From the NCBI GenBank assembly GCA_053919585.1, contig CM132795.1: 64,000 bases of DNA; one strand, given 5' to 3'. A program made the position numbers and the translations under genes. Below the pieces are notes generated by a model, which was given only the letters and a program-made list of their open reading frames with translations, was not told the DNA's origin and searched no databases. Position 1 is the stretch's first letter, and the number at the start of each line of letters is the position of its first letter. The stretch comes from Euprymna scolopes. Its lineage: Eukaryota. Of this stretch, positions 1-14,691 are shown piece after piece.

Positions 1-2911
1 CTCGTTTAATCTCCGCTTATCTACTTAAAACTTTATGTTTATATTTTTATTTCTATTTCTGCTATTTTAATAATTTTCAATGTGGTATCGCTGTTAAAGT
101 TCTTCTAAATTTATTGGTTTGGTGGAATAGAATTGATCTTTTAAGCAACTCCAGTGTAGTAAAGGGCAGGGCAGTGAGTAAGAATTTCTGGCCAGCCATT
201 CTTGCAATCCCTGACGTCGAATTATTCTTCCAGAAAATTAGGACGCAAGCCATGCACAATCAACAATAGCAAAGTATGTAAGAACCATGGCTTTCATAAA
301 AAAAAACATTTTTATATTGTCCGAAACACAAACAACTGGCCAAATTTCATCTCTCCAAATAGTCAGGTACCTCCACATATTGTTATTGTTGTTCGAAAGT
401 CGAGTATATGACAATTTCGAAAGAGTTTCTAATGAAATGATATGATTGTCTTCCTGGTCGACTTAAAAATCTTGAGGGCGAATGAAGCCGCCTATATTGA
501 ATTTCCATATATAATGCTTTGCCTACAGAAATTCCTTTCTGGGCTAAGGTATACTAAGTTTGTTCCACCAGATGCCACATACAAATTATTTTGTCTAGAC
601 TATTTGTCACTATATTATGTAACTTTTTAGCCCCGTCTTACATACATTTATTCGTTATATAAAATATTACATTACAACCCAAGAGCAACAACATCACAGT
701 CGCAACAACGTATAGTGGAAATAGTTTCTATTTTTCCCTCTAAAAAAAAAACACTCATACCGCTCCCAGTAAACACCGGGGGGCATTCTGCATTTTTCCA
801 GATATAGGGTGCACCCTTATTATCTGGTTCATATACTTATATACATAATATATCCCTTCCTTTTTCCGAGTCCAAAAATTATGATTTCTCTTTTTTTACA
901 TTCCACCAAATCTCATTGGCTTAGAACTGACGATTATTTCATTCCAGAATATAAAATTTCCTAAAAAAACGAACGCTCCAGAAATTTACAAATATTAAAA
1001 TCGTTTTAGTTAAACACGCAAATTACAAACATATTAACTATTTGAAAGATGTTCATAAGCCAATACGGCTTTCATTTTTACATTTATTATACCGTACATG
1101 TTAACATTCCTTATACAGCTACGCTTGCGTGCTACATATGTTGTATTTACAAAAAACAGAACATACTGTATCTCGACACATCGTCGAATGTTGATAGTCA
1201 TTATTTCTACTTCCTTTTTTAAAAGCTAGATAAACTAGCCTGTGTAAGTTACCATTGACTACCATTCTTTCTCCTGGTTTTGAGCACTGTAAATACCCCC
1301 AACCCAAAGAAAATATAGTTAAAAAGCAATCATTACAACTTGTGTTTCAGTGAATGCCCGTGCAATCGCAAAAAGAAAAGAAAAACGATCCAACAAAAAA
1401 TAATTATAAAAACAATTAAATTACATTTTTCGTCATTTTATATTTTTAATGTAATTCCCCCCTCCACCTCAAAAAATGAATTCGTCCTATTTTGGTGTTG
1501 GCTCTGTTTATGGAATTGTAAGGTGAAAGTACATAACGGTTTCATAAAAATTAATTAAATCTATCATTATTTTATCTTACAAATATAATTCCCGCCCCTC
1601 TCCCAACAAAAAAATAAAAAAAAAATGTATTTGTTATGTTTTATCCACCTCCCGCCCTCGATCGCGTAACTTGAAAAAATGCTAGACATGGCATGTCTGG
1701 TTGAACGCTTTGTGGTCATTTTACATAAAATTTATATAGAAAAGTTATTCCCCACGCTAAAATGTTTTTTTTTTTTTAATTTATTTACACACTGATTAAA
1801 AAATTTGAAGCAGCCGATTTTGCGTTTTTTTTAAGTTGACACTCGGATTTTGTGTGATTTGTAAGCCTTTAAACAAAGGCTTTATTTATTCTTTATATAA
1901 CATCTAGATAAAACTTTCTGTTTTTCTTAAAGTGCAGCTAACATTCTTCACTTAGACGGTAAATAACAAAATAAAAACCCGATTACTAGATCAGGATCTG
2001 GATTTTGTGTGAAGTGGAAGCTTGTCTATGTGTTTTATTATATAGTTTAAAATTAAACACATTATTTAATAAAAAATATAATAGTATTTTTTTACAGCAG
2101 ATATTGTTCTCGAAAATAAACACATCAGGGTATAGTTTTACAATGATTACATGTTCTTTGTTTCATAATTTAAATTTGAAAACATTTTACAGGAGATAAA
2201 CTTTTGTTTAAATTAACTGCGTTACCAATGTAAACCGAACGAGTCCCTTTTAGTGAATTCATAGTTCGGGTATATGTGAATAGCTAAACGGCAAATCTTG
2301 CAAATACGATATCATTTTCTGATACCGTCAACTGAGCTGTTATTTGCGTTAAGGGGTCAGTTTATATGTTGACATTTTTGCAAAGTCAGTGACATTTCGA
2401 AATACATACGGTTTAAAGGCGTTACTTCGAGGGTCGTAACATCTTAAGTTCGCCGTAGTTTCTCTTTTTCTTTCGCCCTCTTTTTCTCTTAGTGTTACAT
2501 GTTCGAGCCTACCTATCGCGGTTATTTTCTTCTTTTACGTTCGCACTGGAACTGGATGCTATTTACATTTTCAAAATATGTTCTTATGGCTCCCACGGGT
2601 AATAACGTATTTTACGTTTTATTTTTATTTGTTGAACGCAAAACTAAAATAAACTACTTGCCTAATTTCCCCAATTGTGTTTTTTTTGTGTGTATTACGT
2701 CATGTGTATGGGCAAAAATGAAAGTAGATATGCGTGTTTATGCGAGCGTGTGTGTGCATGTGTGCGCGTGTGTAATACACAAGAAATACATATTGAAACA
2801 TGATTTTGTGTAATTAAAGCCCTTATAACTAATAATTCATATTTTGTTTTAATTTTTACAAAAAAAAAAAATAGGTTACAAAACAAAATAAATTGTTTTT
2901 GCCTAATTTCC

Positions 2912-2955
<44 letters not shown>

Positions 2956-3929
2956 GCATATATATATATATATATATATATTTGTAAAATGCCTGCGGAC
3001 AATATTTATATATAAAAAATGCTATTTGTCTTTCTGTTGTTTAACACTGAAAATGTTAAAAGGTGTATATTGTTTAACGTTTTAAAAGAGTATATTTATA
3101 TACTTTATAATATAAAAAAAATTATGTATATATTGTTTAAAATAGATAAGTGTTTATTATTTTAAGAAAACAGTTTATATTGTTTCTTTTTCTGCTTTGA
3201 TAAACCTGCCACTTTCTGAAATACCGTGTACATGTTTACATAGAAAATTTCATGAGATTACACTAATTTAGTTCCTTTAAAATGATAAAGGGTTCAGAGT
3301 GTATTTTGCCACCTAAAAACTAAACTAATACCCTGTCCGCCAAATTGGTATGCATTAACCAATTTACACTGGAACAACCAAATTTTGTTTTTCGTTCAGA
3401 GTATTTACGCGTGAGAATTCTGACAGCGATTATAAAAATTACATTTCGGGCAAATTTTGCTACAACCCCACCCCAACTCACAAAATAGAGTGTCTATCCT
3501 GAAAACCGTTCTTAACATAGGGAGTTTTTTTTGGAGGGGGGAAGAGTCAATTCTGAAAGCTGTACATGACATGTGCTTAAGCTAAGGTGGTTGCGCATTA
3601 AGCAACAAGAATAACAATAACGACAACAGCAGTCGCCCTTTATTTTTTAGGGGGAGTAGGCATGCTACCACCAAGTAAAGACGGTTATCGGGTCCTGCTA
3701 GTTGAATATATAAGTCCATGCATTCTAATTTCATCTAATGTTAATTAATTTCATAAATTATATTCAAAAAATTAAAGTTATGCATTTTCAAATAGAGAGT
3801 TACTTTTCAGTCAGCGTGTATATGCACACACTTTTAGAGAGGAAGACAAAAAAGTAGATAGATACATACATAGAACGAGAGTGATGGTTAAAGAAAAAGA
3901 TGCGATTCTGATTATATATATATATATAA

Positions 3930-3967
<38 letters not shown>

Positions 3968-4434
3968 GATGTGCGTGTAAATAGATAGATGGATAGATAC
4001 TTTTATACAAAATAGACCTTATGTGTGTGTGTGATTTCCTTTCTTATAGGTACTAACACGGCTAAGCCTATCTTTTGACAATGTCAAACAAAATTCATTT
4101 ATATTTCTGACAGTGTTCTTAGCTCGGTTTTTGTATATATATTCCTAGGTTAACTGTCAAAAATCCAGAAGATCCTGTCCATAAGATATGTTTTCTTCTC
4201 TAAATGATAAAAAGATACATGGGAATATATATTTCATGTAAACCCGGTCAAGGTTATACCGGTGTAACGTAAAATATTTTCTGTAAAAAATCTTTTTTTT
4301 TATACATCAGTGAAGAAAGATCGTCACATTCAAATATGTGGTAGTGTAAACAAACACAAATGGAATTTGGCGAAAGACATTATCTTTTTTTGCTGTTGTT
4401 GTTTTGCGAATTATTCCATCTGGCAAAATATTCC

Positions 4435-4488
<54 letters not shown>

Positions 4489-4813
4489 CATGTATGTATG
4501 TATATATATATGCTTCTATACCGGATTAATTCTAATATAATTCATAGGAAATCTGTATAAAGGCATAAATCAACATATCATGTTTAAGCGTATGGTACGA
4601 CTGAGNNNNNNNNNNNNNNNNNNNNNNNNNNNNNNNNNNNNNNNNNNNNNNNNNNNNNNNNNNNNNNNNNNNNNNNNNNNNNNNNNNNNNNNNNNNNNNN
4701 NNNNNNNNNNNNNNNNNNNNNNNNNNNNNNNNNNNNNNNNNNNNNNNNTATATCTATATCTATATACATATATATGTATTTATATATATACGTGTCAGTG
4801 TTTCAACTAATAT

Positions 4814-4881
<68 letters not shown>

Positions 4882-5018
4882 TGTAAGACACTTGAGAAAC
4901 GTAATATAAATATAGATAGCTATGAAGCTTGAATCAAATATATGTTTCTATTTATTCCGTAAATAGCAAGCTTATGTTGAATTAGCATCCAAAATTTAAC
5001 ATCAAATGCCATGTCACA

Positions 5019-5084
<66 letters not shown>

Positions 5085-5359
5085 AAATTCTTATTCCTGT
5101 ATGTCTGTAATTTGCTCACAATAACGTCATAGCATATGTAAAGTATGATATATTAGTAGATTGCGTCATGTATGATGTCACGTATTACATCATGTATATG
5201 GGCAAAAATGAAAGTAGATATATGTGAGTATATGTGTGCGTGTGTGGGTATGTGTGTGCGTGATACATAACAAGAAACAAGTGGGGTTTATAGATATATT
5301 TAAATTTAAATTAATTACACCTAAAATAAATGGGTGTTTGTAACAGAAATATAATAAAA

Positions 5360-8300
5360 AACACAATATGAATATATTAAAAATAACATATAACATATAT
5401 ATATATATATATATATATTACAAATACCATACCACATAAATATAATAGGATAATATATAACATAAATAAAATAACAATAAAATAAAAATATAAATATAAA
5501 AATAACATATAGCATAAATCAAATAAAAATAACACATTAAGATAAACAAAATCTAAGAAGATATAACATAAATATAATAAAATAAGATATAACATAAACA
5601 TAATAAAATAACATATAAACTAATTACAGTAGTAATAATATATAACATAAATATAATAAAAAAGATATGACATAAATATAATAAAAATAACAGATAACAT
5701 AAATATAATCTAATAAGATATAACATGAAATTAATAAAATAAGAAATAATATATATATATATAATAAAAAAGATATAACATAAATATAATAAAAATTGCA
5801 TATAACATAAATATAATTAAAATAACATATAACATAAATATAATTAAAATAACATATAACATAAATATAATAAAAATGACACATAGCATAAATATAATCT
5901 AATAAGATATAACATAAATATAATAAAATAAGATATAAAATATATATAATAAAAAAGATATAACATGAATATAATGAAACTTACATATAACATAAATATA
6001 ATTAAATCAACATAAAACTATAATATAATTAAAATAACATATACCATGAATATAATCTAACAAGATATTACATAAATTAAGATAACATATAACATAAATA
6101 TAATAAAAATAACACATAACTTAAATATAATAAAAATTACATATAACATAAATATAATTAAAATAACATAAAACATAAATATAATTAAAATAACATATAA
6201 CCTAAATATAATTAAAATTACATATAACATAAATATAATTAAAATAACACATAACATAAATATAATCTAATAAGACATAGCATAAATATAATAAAATAAC
6301 ATATAAAACAATTATAGTAGAAATAACATATAACATAAGTATATTAAAAAAACATATACCATAAATATTATGAAAATAACATATACCATAAATATAATAA
6401 AACTACCATATACCATATTATATAATAAAATAATATAGGGCACAAATATAATAAAAATACCGTAAACATAAATATAATAATAATAACATATAACAGGAAT
6501 ATAATAAAAATTTCATATAACACAAATATAATAAAAATAACATATGACATAAATATGATCAAATATAATAGAACATAAATATAATGAAAATGATATATAA
6601 CATTAATATAATAAAATAACATAAATCATAACTATAATAAAAATAAAATATAACACAAATGAAATAGAAATAACATATATCATAAATATAATAAAAATAT
6701 AGCATATATCATACGTATAATAAAATAACATATAACTTAAATATAATAAACATATCATACAACATAAATATAATAACACATGCAACATGAACATAATAAC
6801 GATAACATATACCATAAATATAATGAAAATTACATATGACAGAAATATAATAACAATAACGCATTAAATAAATATAATAAAATAACATATTACATAAATA
6901 TAATAAAAAATGCCATAAAACATAAATATAATAAAACTACTATGTGACATAATATAATAAAATACCATATAACAGGAATATAGTAAAAATAACATACAAC
7001 ATAAATATAATAAAAAGTGCATATGCCTTTAATATAATAAATAGCATATAACATAATATAATAAAATAACACATAACTTAATTGTAATAAAAATAACATA
7101 TTACATACCTATTTTAAAAAATTATATACAACATGAATATAATTCAAATACCATATAACATAACTATGATGAAATAACACATAACATAAGTATAATAAAA
7201 ATAATATATAATATAAATACAATTAAAAACATCATATAAGATAAATGCAATAAAAAATAACATATAACATAAATATAAAATAATACAATATAACCTACAT
7301 ATGATAAAAAGAGAATATGGCATAAATATAACAAAAATATCATATAACATAAATATAATAAAAATAAAATATAACACAATATAATAATACAATATAACAT
7401 AAATATAATTAAAAGTGTATATTACATAAATACAACAAAAATTAAATATAACATAAGTATGGTAAAAGTACTATATAAAATAAATATCATAAAAATAACA
7501 TATAACATAAATATAATAAAAAGAGTATATGACATAAATATAACAAAAATAGTATATTACATAAATAGAATAAAAATTGTATATTACATAAATATAAACA
7601 AAATAAAATATAACATGAGTATAATAAAAGTACTATATAAAATAAATATAATAAAAATAATATATAACATAAATATAATAAAAAGAGTACATGAAATAAA
7701 TATAACAAAAATAATATATTACATAAATATAATAAAAAAGTGAATATTACATAAATATAAACAAAATAAAATATAACATGAGTATAATAAAAGTACTAAA
7801 TAAATTAAATATCATAAAAATAACATATTACATAAATACAATAAAAAGAGTATATGACATAATTATAATAAAATAAGGTAACATAAACATAATAAAATAA
7901 CATATCATATAAATATAATAAAAATAACATGTAACATAAATATAATAAAAATAACGTACAACATAAATATAATAAAAATAAGATATAATATAAATATAAT
8001 AAAATAACATATACAATAAATATAATAAAATACCATATAACATAAATATGACAAAAATAACATAAATATAATAAAAAACCGTATAACATAAATATAATAA
8101 AAATAACATATAACATACATATAATAAAAATAGCATATGACATTAACATAATAAAATACTATATAACATAATATAATAAAAAGAACATATAATATAAAGA
8201 TAATAATACCGTATAATATAACTATAATAAAAATAACATATAACATTAATATAATAAAAAATAGCATCTAACATAAATATAATAAAAAAACATATCACAT

Positions 8301-8360
8301 TAATATAATAAAAAAACATACAACATAAATATAATAAAAATAACATAAAATAAATTAAAT
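5360..8360. repeat. ~3 kb degenerate AT-rich minisatellite with a ~27-bp unit (ATATAACATAAATATAATAAAAATAAC)
   Basis: The core ACATAAATATAATAAAA recurs about every 27 bp; the + strand is nearly G-free. Confidence 0.9.
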
Positions 8361-9018
8361 TATATGGATCTAAAACGGGAGTTGTGTACGATAACGGATG
8401 AGAGAGAGAAAGAAAACGCAGTGTTAGAGGAAGAAGCAGAAATTTTTACAGTTACAATACCAGACAGATGTATATATGGTACATTTTATCTTTCAAACCG
8501 ATCTGACCTCCTCTTTTATGCTGTTCAAGCTTTTTATGGCCTGTAGTTTTTCTGGGTTTACTTGCATTTTTTGTTGTTGTTGCTGATGTTGTTATCGTTT
8601 TAATTTTCACCCTGACTTTGATCAGTGGAACAAAAGTATTCTCCACGCGCTTCCCGGTGGAGCGATTACCGAAAATCACTGATGCAGCAATGAAAGGATG
8701 ATACAATCTTCGTCAGATGGGAAATCATTTCGAAATGTTAGACGATTGTGTTTGATTCATTTCAACGTGTTACGTTGTGTTATATTTTGTTGTTTTTGAT
8801 TACTGTCTTCTATCTGTAGATTGTTATTGTTCCGTGATTCTACTGCCTCCAGAAATGATCCCAAATATTTTTCTGAACTAAAAATGATATGAGATTAACC
8901 AAAGGAAAATATAAAAAAAACAACGATAAAAATTTAAATCGTGATATCCACAGTTGAAAACATTTGTTGAAAGCAATCATCGTAATTTTTAGTTTTATAT
9001 CCAGTTACGCTCATGAGC

Positions 9019-9109
<91 letters not shown>

Positions 9110-9372
9110 TTCTACCTTGGGTCGAGCATATTCGGAAGTGATATACATATTGCAGTTTGCGTATTAAGCGATGTTCTCTGTGTAAACAAATGGAGTTAAG
9201 GCATTTGGGCAATGTCCAAATGCTGTTAACTTACTACCCACATAGCAGCAGGCGATTAGCATGAAGTTAGGAGGGCTGACTCAACTTTGGCCGGTCGGAT
9301 TTCGATCCTGACTTGAAGTAGTAGCTTGTCAAGCCCTACTGGTAAGTTGTGATACAGCTTATCTGTATTGTA
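9110..9372 (+). mobile_element. Degenerate tRNA-headed hammerhead element
   Basis: After (TA)n: TTTCGATCC B box, then ACTTGAAGTAGTAGCTTGTCAAGCCCTA-CTGGTAA-GTTGTGATACAGC, colinear with the 52.2 kb and 34.1 kb copies but with a mutated core. Runs into an N gap. Confidence 0.6.
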
Positions 9373-9500
9373 NNNNNNNNNNNNNNNNNNNNNNNNNNNN
9401 NNNNNNNNNNNNNNNNNNNNNNNNNNNNNNNNNNNNNNNNNNNNNNNNNNNNNNNNNNNNNNNNNNNNNNNNNNNNNNNNNNNNNNNNNNNNNNNNNNNN

Positions 9501-10547
9501 AATAACTTTGTCAATTTTTACTCTACAGACTCGAAATTGGATATACAGGTTACTGAGATTTGGGAAAATCGATGTGATTAGTTTTTGGCCAGAAATTTGG
9601 CGATTAAGGGGGCACAGTTTAACGATTTGACCTTTTAGAACTCTACCAAACTCCTCCGACAATTTTGGGTCTCAAGACTTTAAATTTTAGATATTGGTTT
9701 TTTGGAAATGGATCTAACTTTATAACTTTATTTGAGACCAAACAATAAATTTTTCGGGGTCATAATAGGGTTTAAATATTAAAAAAATACCGTTTGGTTT
9801 TTGTTGCTCAGCATACACCTTCAAACACCCGGGCAACGCCGGNNNNNNNNNNNNNNNNNNNNNNNNNNNNNNNNNNNNNNNNNNNNNNNNNNNNNNNNNN
9901 NNNNNNNNNNNNNNNNNNNNNNNNNNNNNNNNNNNNNNNNNNNNNNNNNNNNNNNNNNNNNNNNNNNNNNNNNNNNNNNNNNNNNNNNNNNNNNNNNNNN
10001 NNNNNAAAATCTCTGTGTGTGTATTTCTGGATACTTTTCCCTACCAAATAGCTGCCAATTTTCGGTCTAGGTACTCGGGATTTGACAAAAGGGGTATTGA
10101 GATTTGGGAAAATGTTCGTTTCCGGCCAGATATTTGGCTGTCAAAAGTACCAAAGTTCGACGATTTGACCGTTAAAATCTCTACCAAACTCCTCCTCAAG
10201 TTAGGGACTATATACTTGAAATTTTAAAGGTAGGTTTTCTGGATCAAACTTAATAATTGTATTAAAGCCCCCAAAAATAAGTATTAACAGGGTCCAAATT
10301 TTTGTCAAAGTACAAGAAAATGTAACCTATGTTGTCTCTACTAAATTTTCCACCCAATTTCTGTTCTAAACATTTGAAATGTTACATAAAGTGTACTCAG
10401 AGGTAGGGCACTGTTCTAACAGATCAAACATACACATCCCTGTGTCTCGATACATATTCTATCATTATATGTAATCAATATTTTAAAATAGTCAACCATA
10501 CAGGGACCTATTCGTGACCAGACACACACACCCATTCAGCTTTATAT

Positions 10548-10550
<3 letters not shown>
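9501..10550 (+). mobile_element. Helitron-like repeat copies split by gaps (inverted relative at about 53300-53745)
   Basis: 9540-9700 resembles 10080-10240 (GAGATTTGGGAAAA..., CTCTACCAAACTCCTC); CCGGGCAACGCCGG hairpin at 9829-9842. Confidence 0.6.
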
Positions 10551-10610
<60 letters not shown>

Positions 10611-10757
10611 ACAGATTTGTTGTTGTTGTTTTTCAAACGATGAATACAGTTAATATTGGTTTCGCCTCGAAGCTCGTATTTATTTAGAAAGTCGCCTATA
10701 ATTTGTTTGGACGTATATATGATATTTTTTATTTATTTATTATTTTTTTAAAAAGTA

Positions 10758-10810
10758 ATCTACGAACACGCGTGTTTCGAGTTAACTAACTCTCATCACC
10801 ATAATAAGAT
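10758..10810 (-). ncRNA. Degenerate minimal hammerhead (Penelope-type)
   Basis: Minus strand TATG-gTGATGA-GAGTTA-GT-TAACTC-GAAA-CACGCGTG-TT-CGTA. All three stems pair; C3 is mutated to G. Confidence 0.6.
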
Positions 10811-10833
10811 CGAGTTGGAAAGGCAATTTTAAT

Positions 10834-11010
10834 GAAAGAAAAATAATTCAGGAATTCCCTGACGTATTTGATGCAATTGGTTGTCTACCTCGTGAATATA
10901 CTATTCATGTGCACCCCAGAGTACCGCCAGTTGTACACCATCCACAATGAATACCGATAGATCTTCAAGAGAAGTTAAAAATGGAATTAGTGGCACAAGG
11001 CATACTATCT
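10834..11010 (+). pseudogene. Ty3/Gypsy pol fragment (protease-RT linker)
   Basis: Translates IIQEFPDVFDAIGCLPREYTIHVHPRVPPVVHHPQ*IPIDLQEKLKMELVAQGIL, the typical pre-RT segment. Confidence 0.8.
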
Positions 11011-11098
11011 CCTTTTCAAAACCTATCATACTTTCAGAAATACGAGTCCATTTTCTGTAGGCTGTTTTGGAACCTAATCAACGACGGGTATTTTGCTA

Positions 11099-11148
<50 letters not shown>

Positions 11149-11263
11149 GGTTGCAATTATTTATATGTCCATATGTATATTTGTATATGTGCAATTATTT
11201 AAATATCCTTATATATGTATACATGTATATATATATATATATTGTTTTTTATGATATAATTGT

Positions 11264-11355
11264 CTACTGACACGTGTTTCTTCGTCTACGACTGATCAGA
11301 ATGGGTTAATCTAGCGCGATTCGGAATCGGGGCACACGGTAATGCTGCTCCCCAT
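11264..11355 (-). mobile_element. Third copy of the second tRNA-hammerhead family
   Basis: Minus strand CCATT CTGATCA GTCG TAGA CGAA GAAA CACGTG TC AGTAG at 11264-11304, preceded by GATTCCGAATC. Near (TA)n. Confidence 0.75.
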
Positions 11356-13399
11356 AAGGGTGTATGATTTTGTTAAAAGGAAGATTATCTTCGACTCGCA
11401 TTGTTATTTGAATCATAGTTTTAATCACTTATCATCAATTTGATAGTAACACAGTATTAAAGAACAACCGTTAATGTAATTGTACGAAAAAATACTTGAA
11501 ATCTAGGGAAATTCTCTGTAACGCACATTCTACGGAATCACTAAACTTTTATCACAAATAATTCACTGCTAACGACAAGTGTTATACCGCATAAAGCCGT
11601 AATAATAAGCGTGACTGTGAATGCAGAAATCTGATTAATATACGCGAGTAATAACCCCCTATCCATCAGATATAAATACTTACAGAATATAATATTTGCC
11701 ATAGTATGTTAGACCAATATATTTATTGGAAAAATATGCAACTTTTATCTGAACGAAAATGTAAACAATTGATATGAACATCACGTATATCTGGTAAGAG
11801 GCAGAAAACCGTTGCTCAATTAAAAGTCGTTATTATACTCAGGAACTACTTTCAAATCTAATCGTCAACACATATTGTATCGCAGATGATATAACAAGAA
11901 CTGACTTTCTTATTGAAACGCCTTTTCGAGTAGATTTTAATGCAGATTCAGATATGTTTATACAAATATAAATATCTTGGGATTTATAAGAGATGAAGAT
12001 TATACATTAAAACAATAATAATCTCACCCATAATTGGTTCAATTGGAAAATAATGCAAATACGGAAATTAAATGTATCGCTGTAATTGCACCTCTTACCG
12101 CAATTCTAAACGGGAGGGTGCTCGTTTAATCTGCTCGATTAAGTATTCATAGGTTATTTCTTTTCTCCTCTCTCAGCGTTTAAAATGAAACGAGATTTCC
12201 ATCAGTATAGTTTCGTTCCTAAAATAACCGTCTTTGGGGCACATTACTGTGAGACCTCCTTCCGGCTCACAATGGCATTGTCGTTTAAGCGTCCAATGGA
12301 AATTATTTCTTTTTTAGCCGTTTCTCTCCATGATCAAATACTGACCAATCTCAATCTATACCAATCTCAATCTATACCAATAACCACGGTGTTATCTCGC
12401 CGGCTACCTGACAACAATTAACATTTATACTCGAGTGATTTAAGGGCATTGATTTACAGTGATTATCTAAGAAAACAAAAGCATGGCAGACTGAGAGATG
12501 GCCTGGATCTTACATAGAGAGAAACCTCCATGAACGTAGTTTCCTTCCTTATTAAATATATATATGAAAAACAATACAGTGCGCACTGCCCTGGTCACTG
12601 GCATGTTCGTTGTTAAGCTCAATGTAAAGAATGTCTTCTATAACTCTGTTCTTCTCTAATCAAATAGTGACTAATCTTTATCATAACTAGGGTTGTGACA
12701 ACTGCATATTCTGTTCATTTTTTGACTGTTGAGTATATATCTGTTATTATCTTATTGTTTTTTATAGATTGATGTGGTTCTCGGTTGATTAAATGTGTCT
12801 TGCTGTATCGGGTATATACTTGAAAGTCAAAAGAATGATAAGAATATTCCATTGTCACAGACCTAGTTATAATATATACGGAATCTGGTAAAATAAAAAT
12901 ATCATATTTAAGCGTATTTTACTGAAAAATGAAAAAAATATTTTGTTGTCCCAGCATTATCTCACTCGCCATCTGACACAGAATAACACTTATACACGGG
13001 TTGTCTTTAGAATTGTATATCTAGTGATTTTCTTGTAAAAAAAATCATGTGAGACAGATGAAGAATTGGATCTTATATATAGAGATACATATTTTAAGCG
13101 TGCAGACAACAGGGCAAAATGTATTATGAACACACCTGATGCATCCTTTCTCTATGTCAACGCTATTGGTGGTGAAATCTGTACAATACACTCTTTAAAT
13201 GATACCACTAAACAAAAGTATAATAATAACGTTAGTATTTAGAAAATTCTTAACATACAAGGGGCATTCACAAAGGCAATTCATGTTATTTATTTATTTA
13301 AAATACAGAATACTTAAAACAATCGTAGTACGTCCCATTAAAACGAGCGCTTTTTTATTTTCCAGAGTTTATTTCTCTACATATTAAGCATATTCTCTG

Positions 13400-13621
13400 T
13401 GAATATTTGTCAGCGGTAAATGATACACGTGCTTGGGCATCCAGTATCAGCAAACGTTATTAAACGTGCCCAGAAATGCATAGATATCAACGGGAAACAC
13501 TTCCAGCGTCTTGAATAACACTACAGGTAATTTAAACAATGCTGCAGGTAATTTAAATAATCAGAAAATGTTCTTCCTTTCTACTATATTATTGGGCTAC
13601 TTTTAAATGGGCCACTCTGTA
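13400..13621 (+). mobile_element. Tc1/mariner-superfamily 3' end relic
   Basis: KRAQKCIDINGKHFQ C-terminus followed by a TIR-like end GGGCCACTCTG-TA. Confidence 0.45.
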
Positions 13622-14417
13622 CTTATCGAAACGTCGTAGAAAATTAACAATGAGAGTGGGTATTTTTAAACAAGATGATAATCACGGTACTTCTTTTATG
13701 CATCTGTTATATAATTTTTAATAATCCAGAACAATGTAGAAGTCTACAATAAGTCGTAAGAGTTTTCTGAATATCAATCGCACATAGGATTCAGCCTTCA
13801 GAATAAATTTTTGCATATCGCCCTTTCCGTTGCCCGGCGTGTTTTGCGATTCAAATTCCGAAAACATTTCTGAGTTCGACACAAAGATGTAAAAGTTAAT
13901 GACGCACGTGAAGAACATCAGTTTTTATATCAGCTTAAACGTTGTGAGAATAACATCAAAAAAAAAAATTCCAGAGCAACGAACACCAGAGTGGTACCAT
14001 AAAAACGATCTACCTTTTCTGTTTCGGGATTTATTTTTTTACATAGTCTATGCCATGCTAAATTCAGTTTATCAGGAATTCAGTGACGCGTCTTTGCTTC
14101 TAATGAGCGTTCATATTATGGGATGCCTTTTTAACGTCTCACGCGTTAATATCTGCAACAGCCAATAAAATATCGGATCACGAATGCGTAGGTTCAGCCA
14201 TTATAACAATGCACTTTGCAACCTCCTAATATCTTTTCGGACAGAATAAAAAATAAGGGGCATTTCGTTTGGAGCGCTCCTCGAACTTCACATTCTGCCA
14301 TTGTATCTAAATATTTAACAACGTAAAGGTGCTTTTTTTTTTACTCAGGTTCACATTTAACAAGCCAGGTCGCCACTTAAATATAAGGGGATACAATTTC
14401 CGTCCATGCATAGAAAC

Positions 14418-14691
14418 TGTTGTGGTTGCAAGGTTGAACAATAATTAGTAAGGAAATACAATGAAGACGCAAACAACAAGATAACGCAATAATAAGTGTA
14501 TTAAAGAAAAGGTATATTTACAATATGTACAAATGACGGTGTCGAGTCAGAGAGTCTTGGTGGGAGGACATTTACGCTCTTCGGCGTCACTTCTGGTGGC
14601 ATTTGAGTAAGACACACCAAGGCCAACCTAGGCTTGCCATTTATAGTGTTATGTTATTCGCATATGCAAATAAGTGGTTGCCACCACAACA
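14418..14691 (-). mobile_element. Solo LTR (274 bp)
   Basis: Termini TGTTGTGGTTGCAA ... TTGCCACCACAACA; perfect 5-bp TSD GAAAC (14413-14417 and 14692-14696); TATAAAT on the minus strand. Confidence 0.8.

Noticed and set aside
5190-8346. Numerous 60-120 aa hydrophobic ORFs
   Set aside because: They are translations of the 27-bp minisatellite, are open in several frames and are low complexity.
5360-8360. CRISPR-like periodicity
   Set aside because: There are no unique spacers; this is a eukaryotic degenerate tandem repeat.
8364-8760. Possible host exon or ncRNA in higher-complexity sequence
   Set aside because: No recognisable protein motif or convincing splice pair. The minus-strand CTGACGA lacks a matching GAAA and stems.
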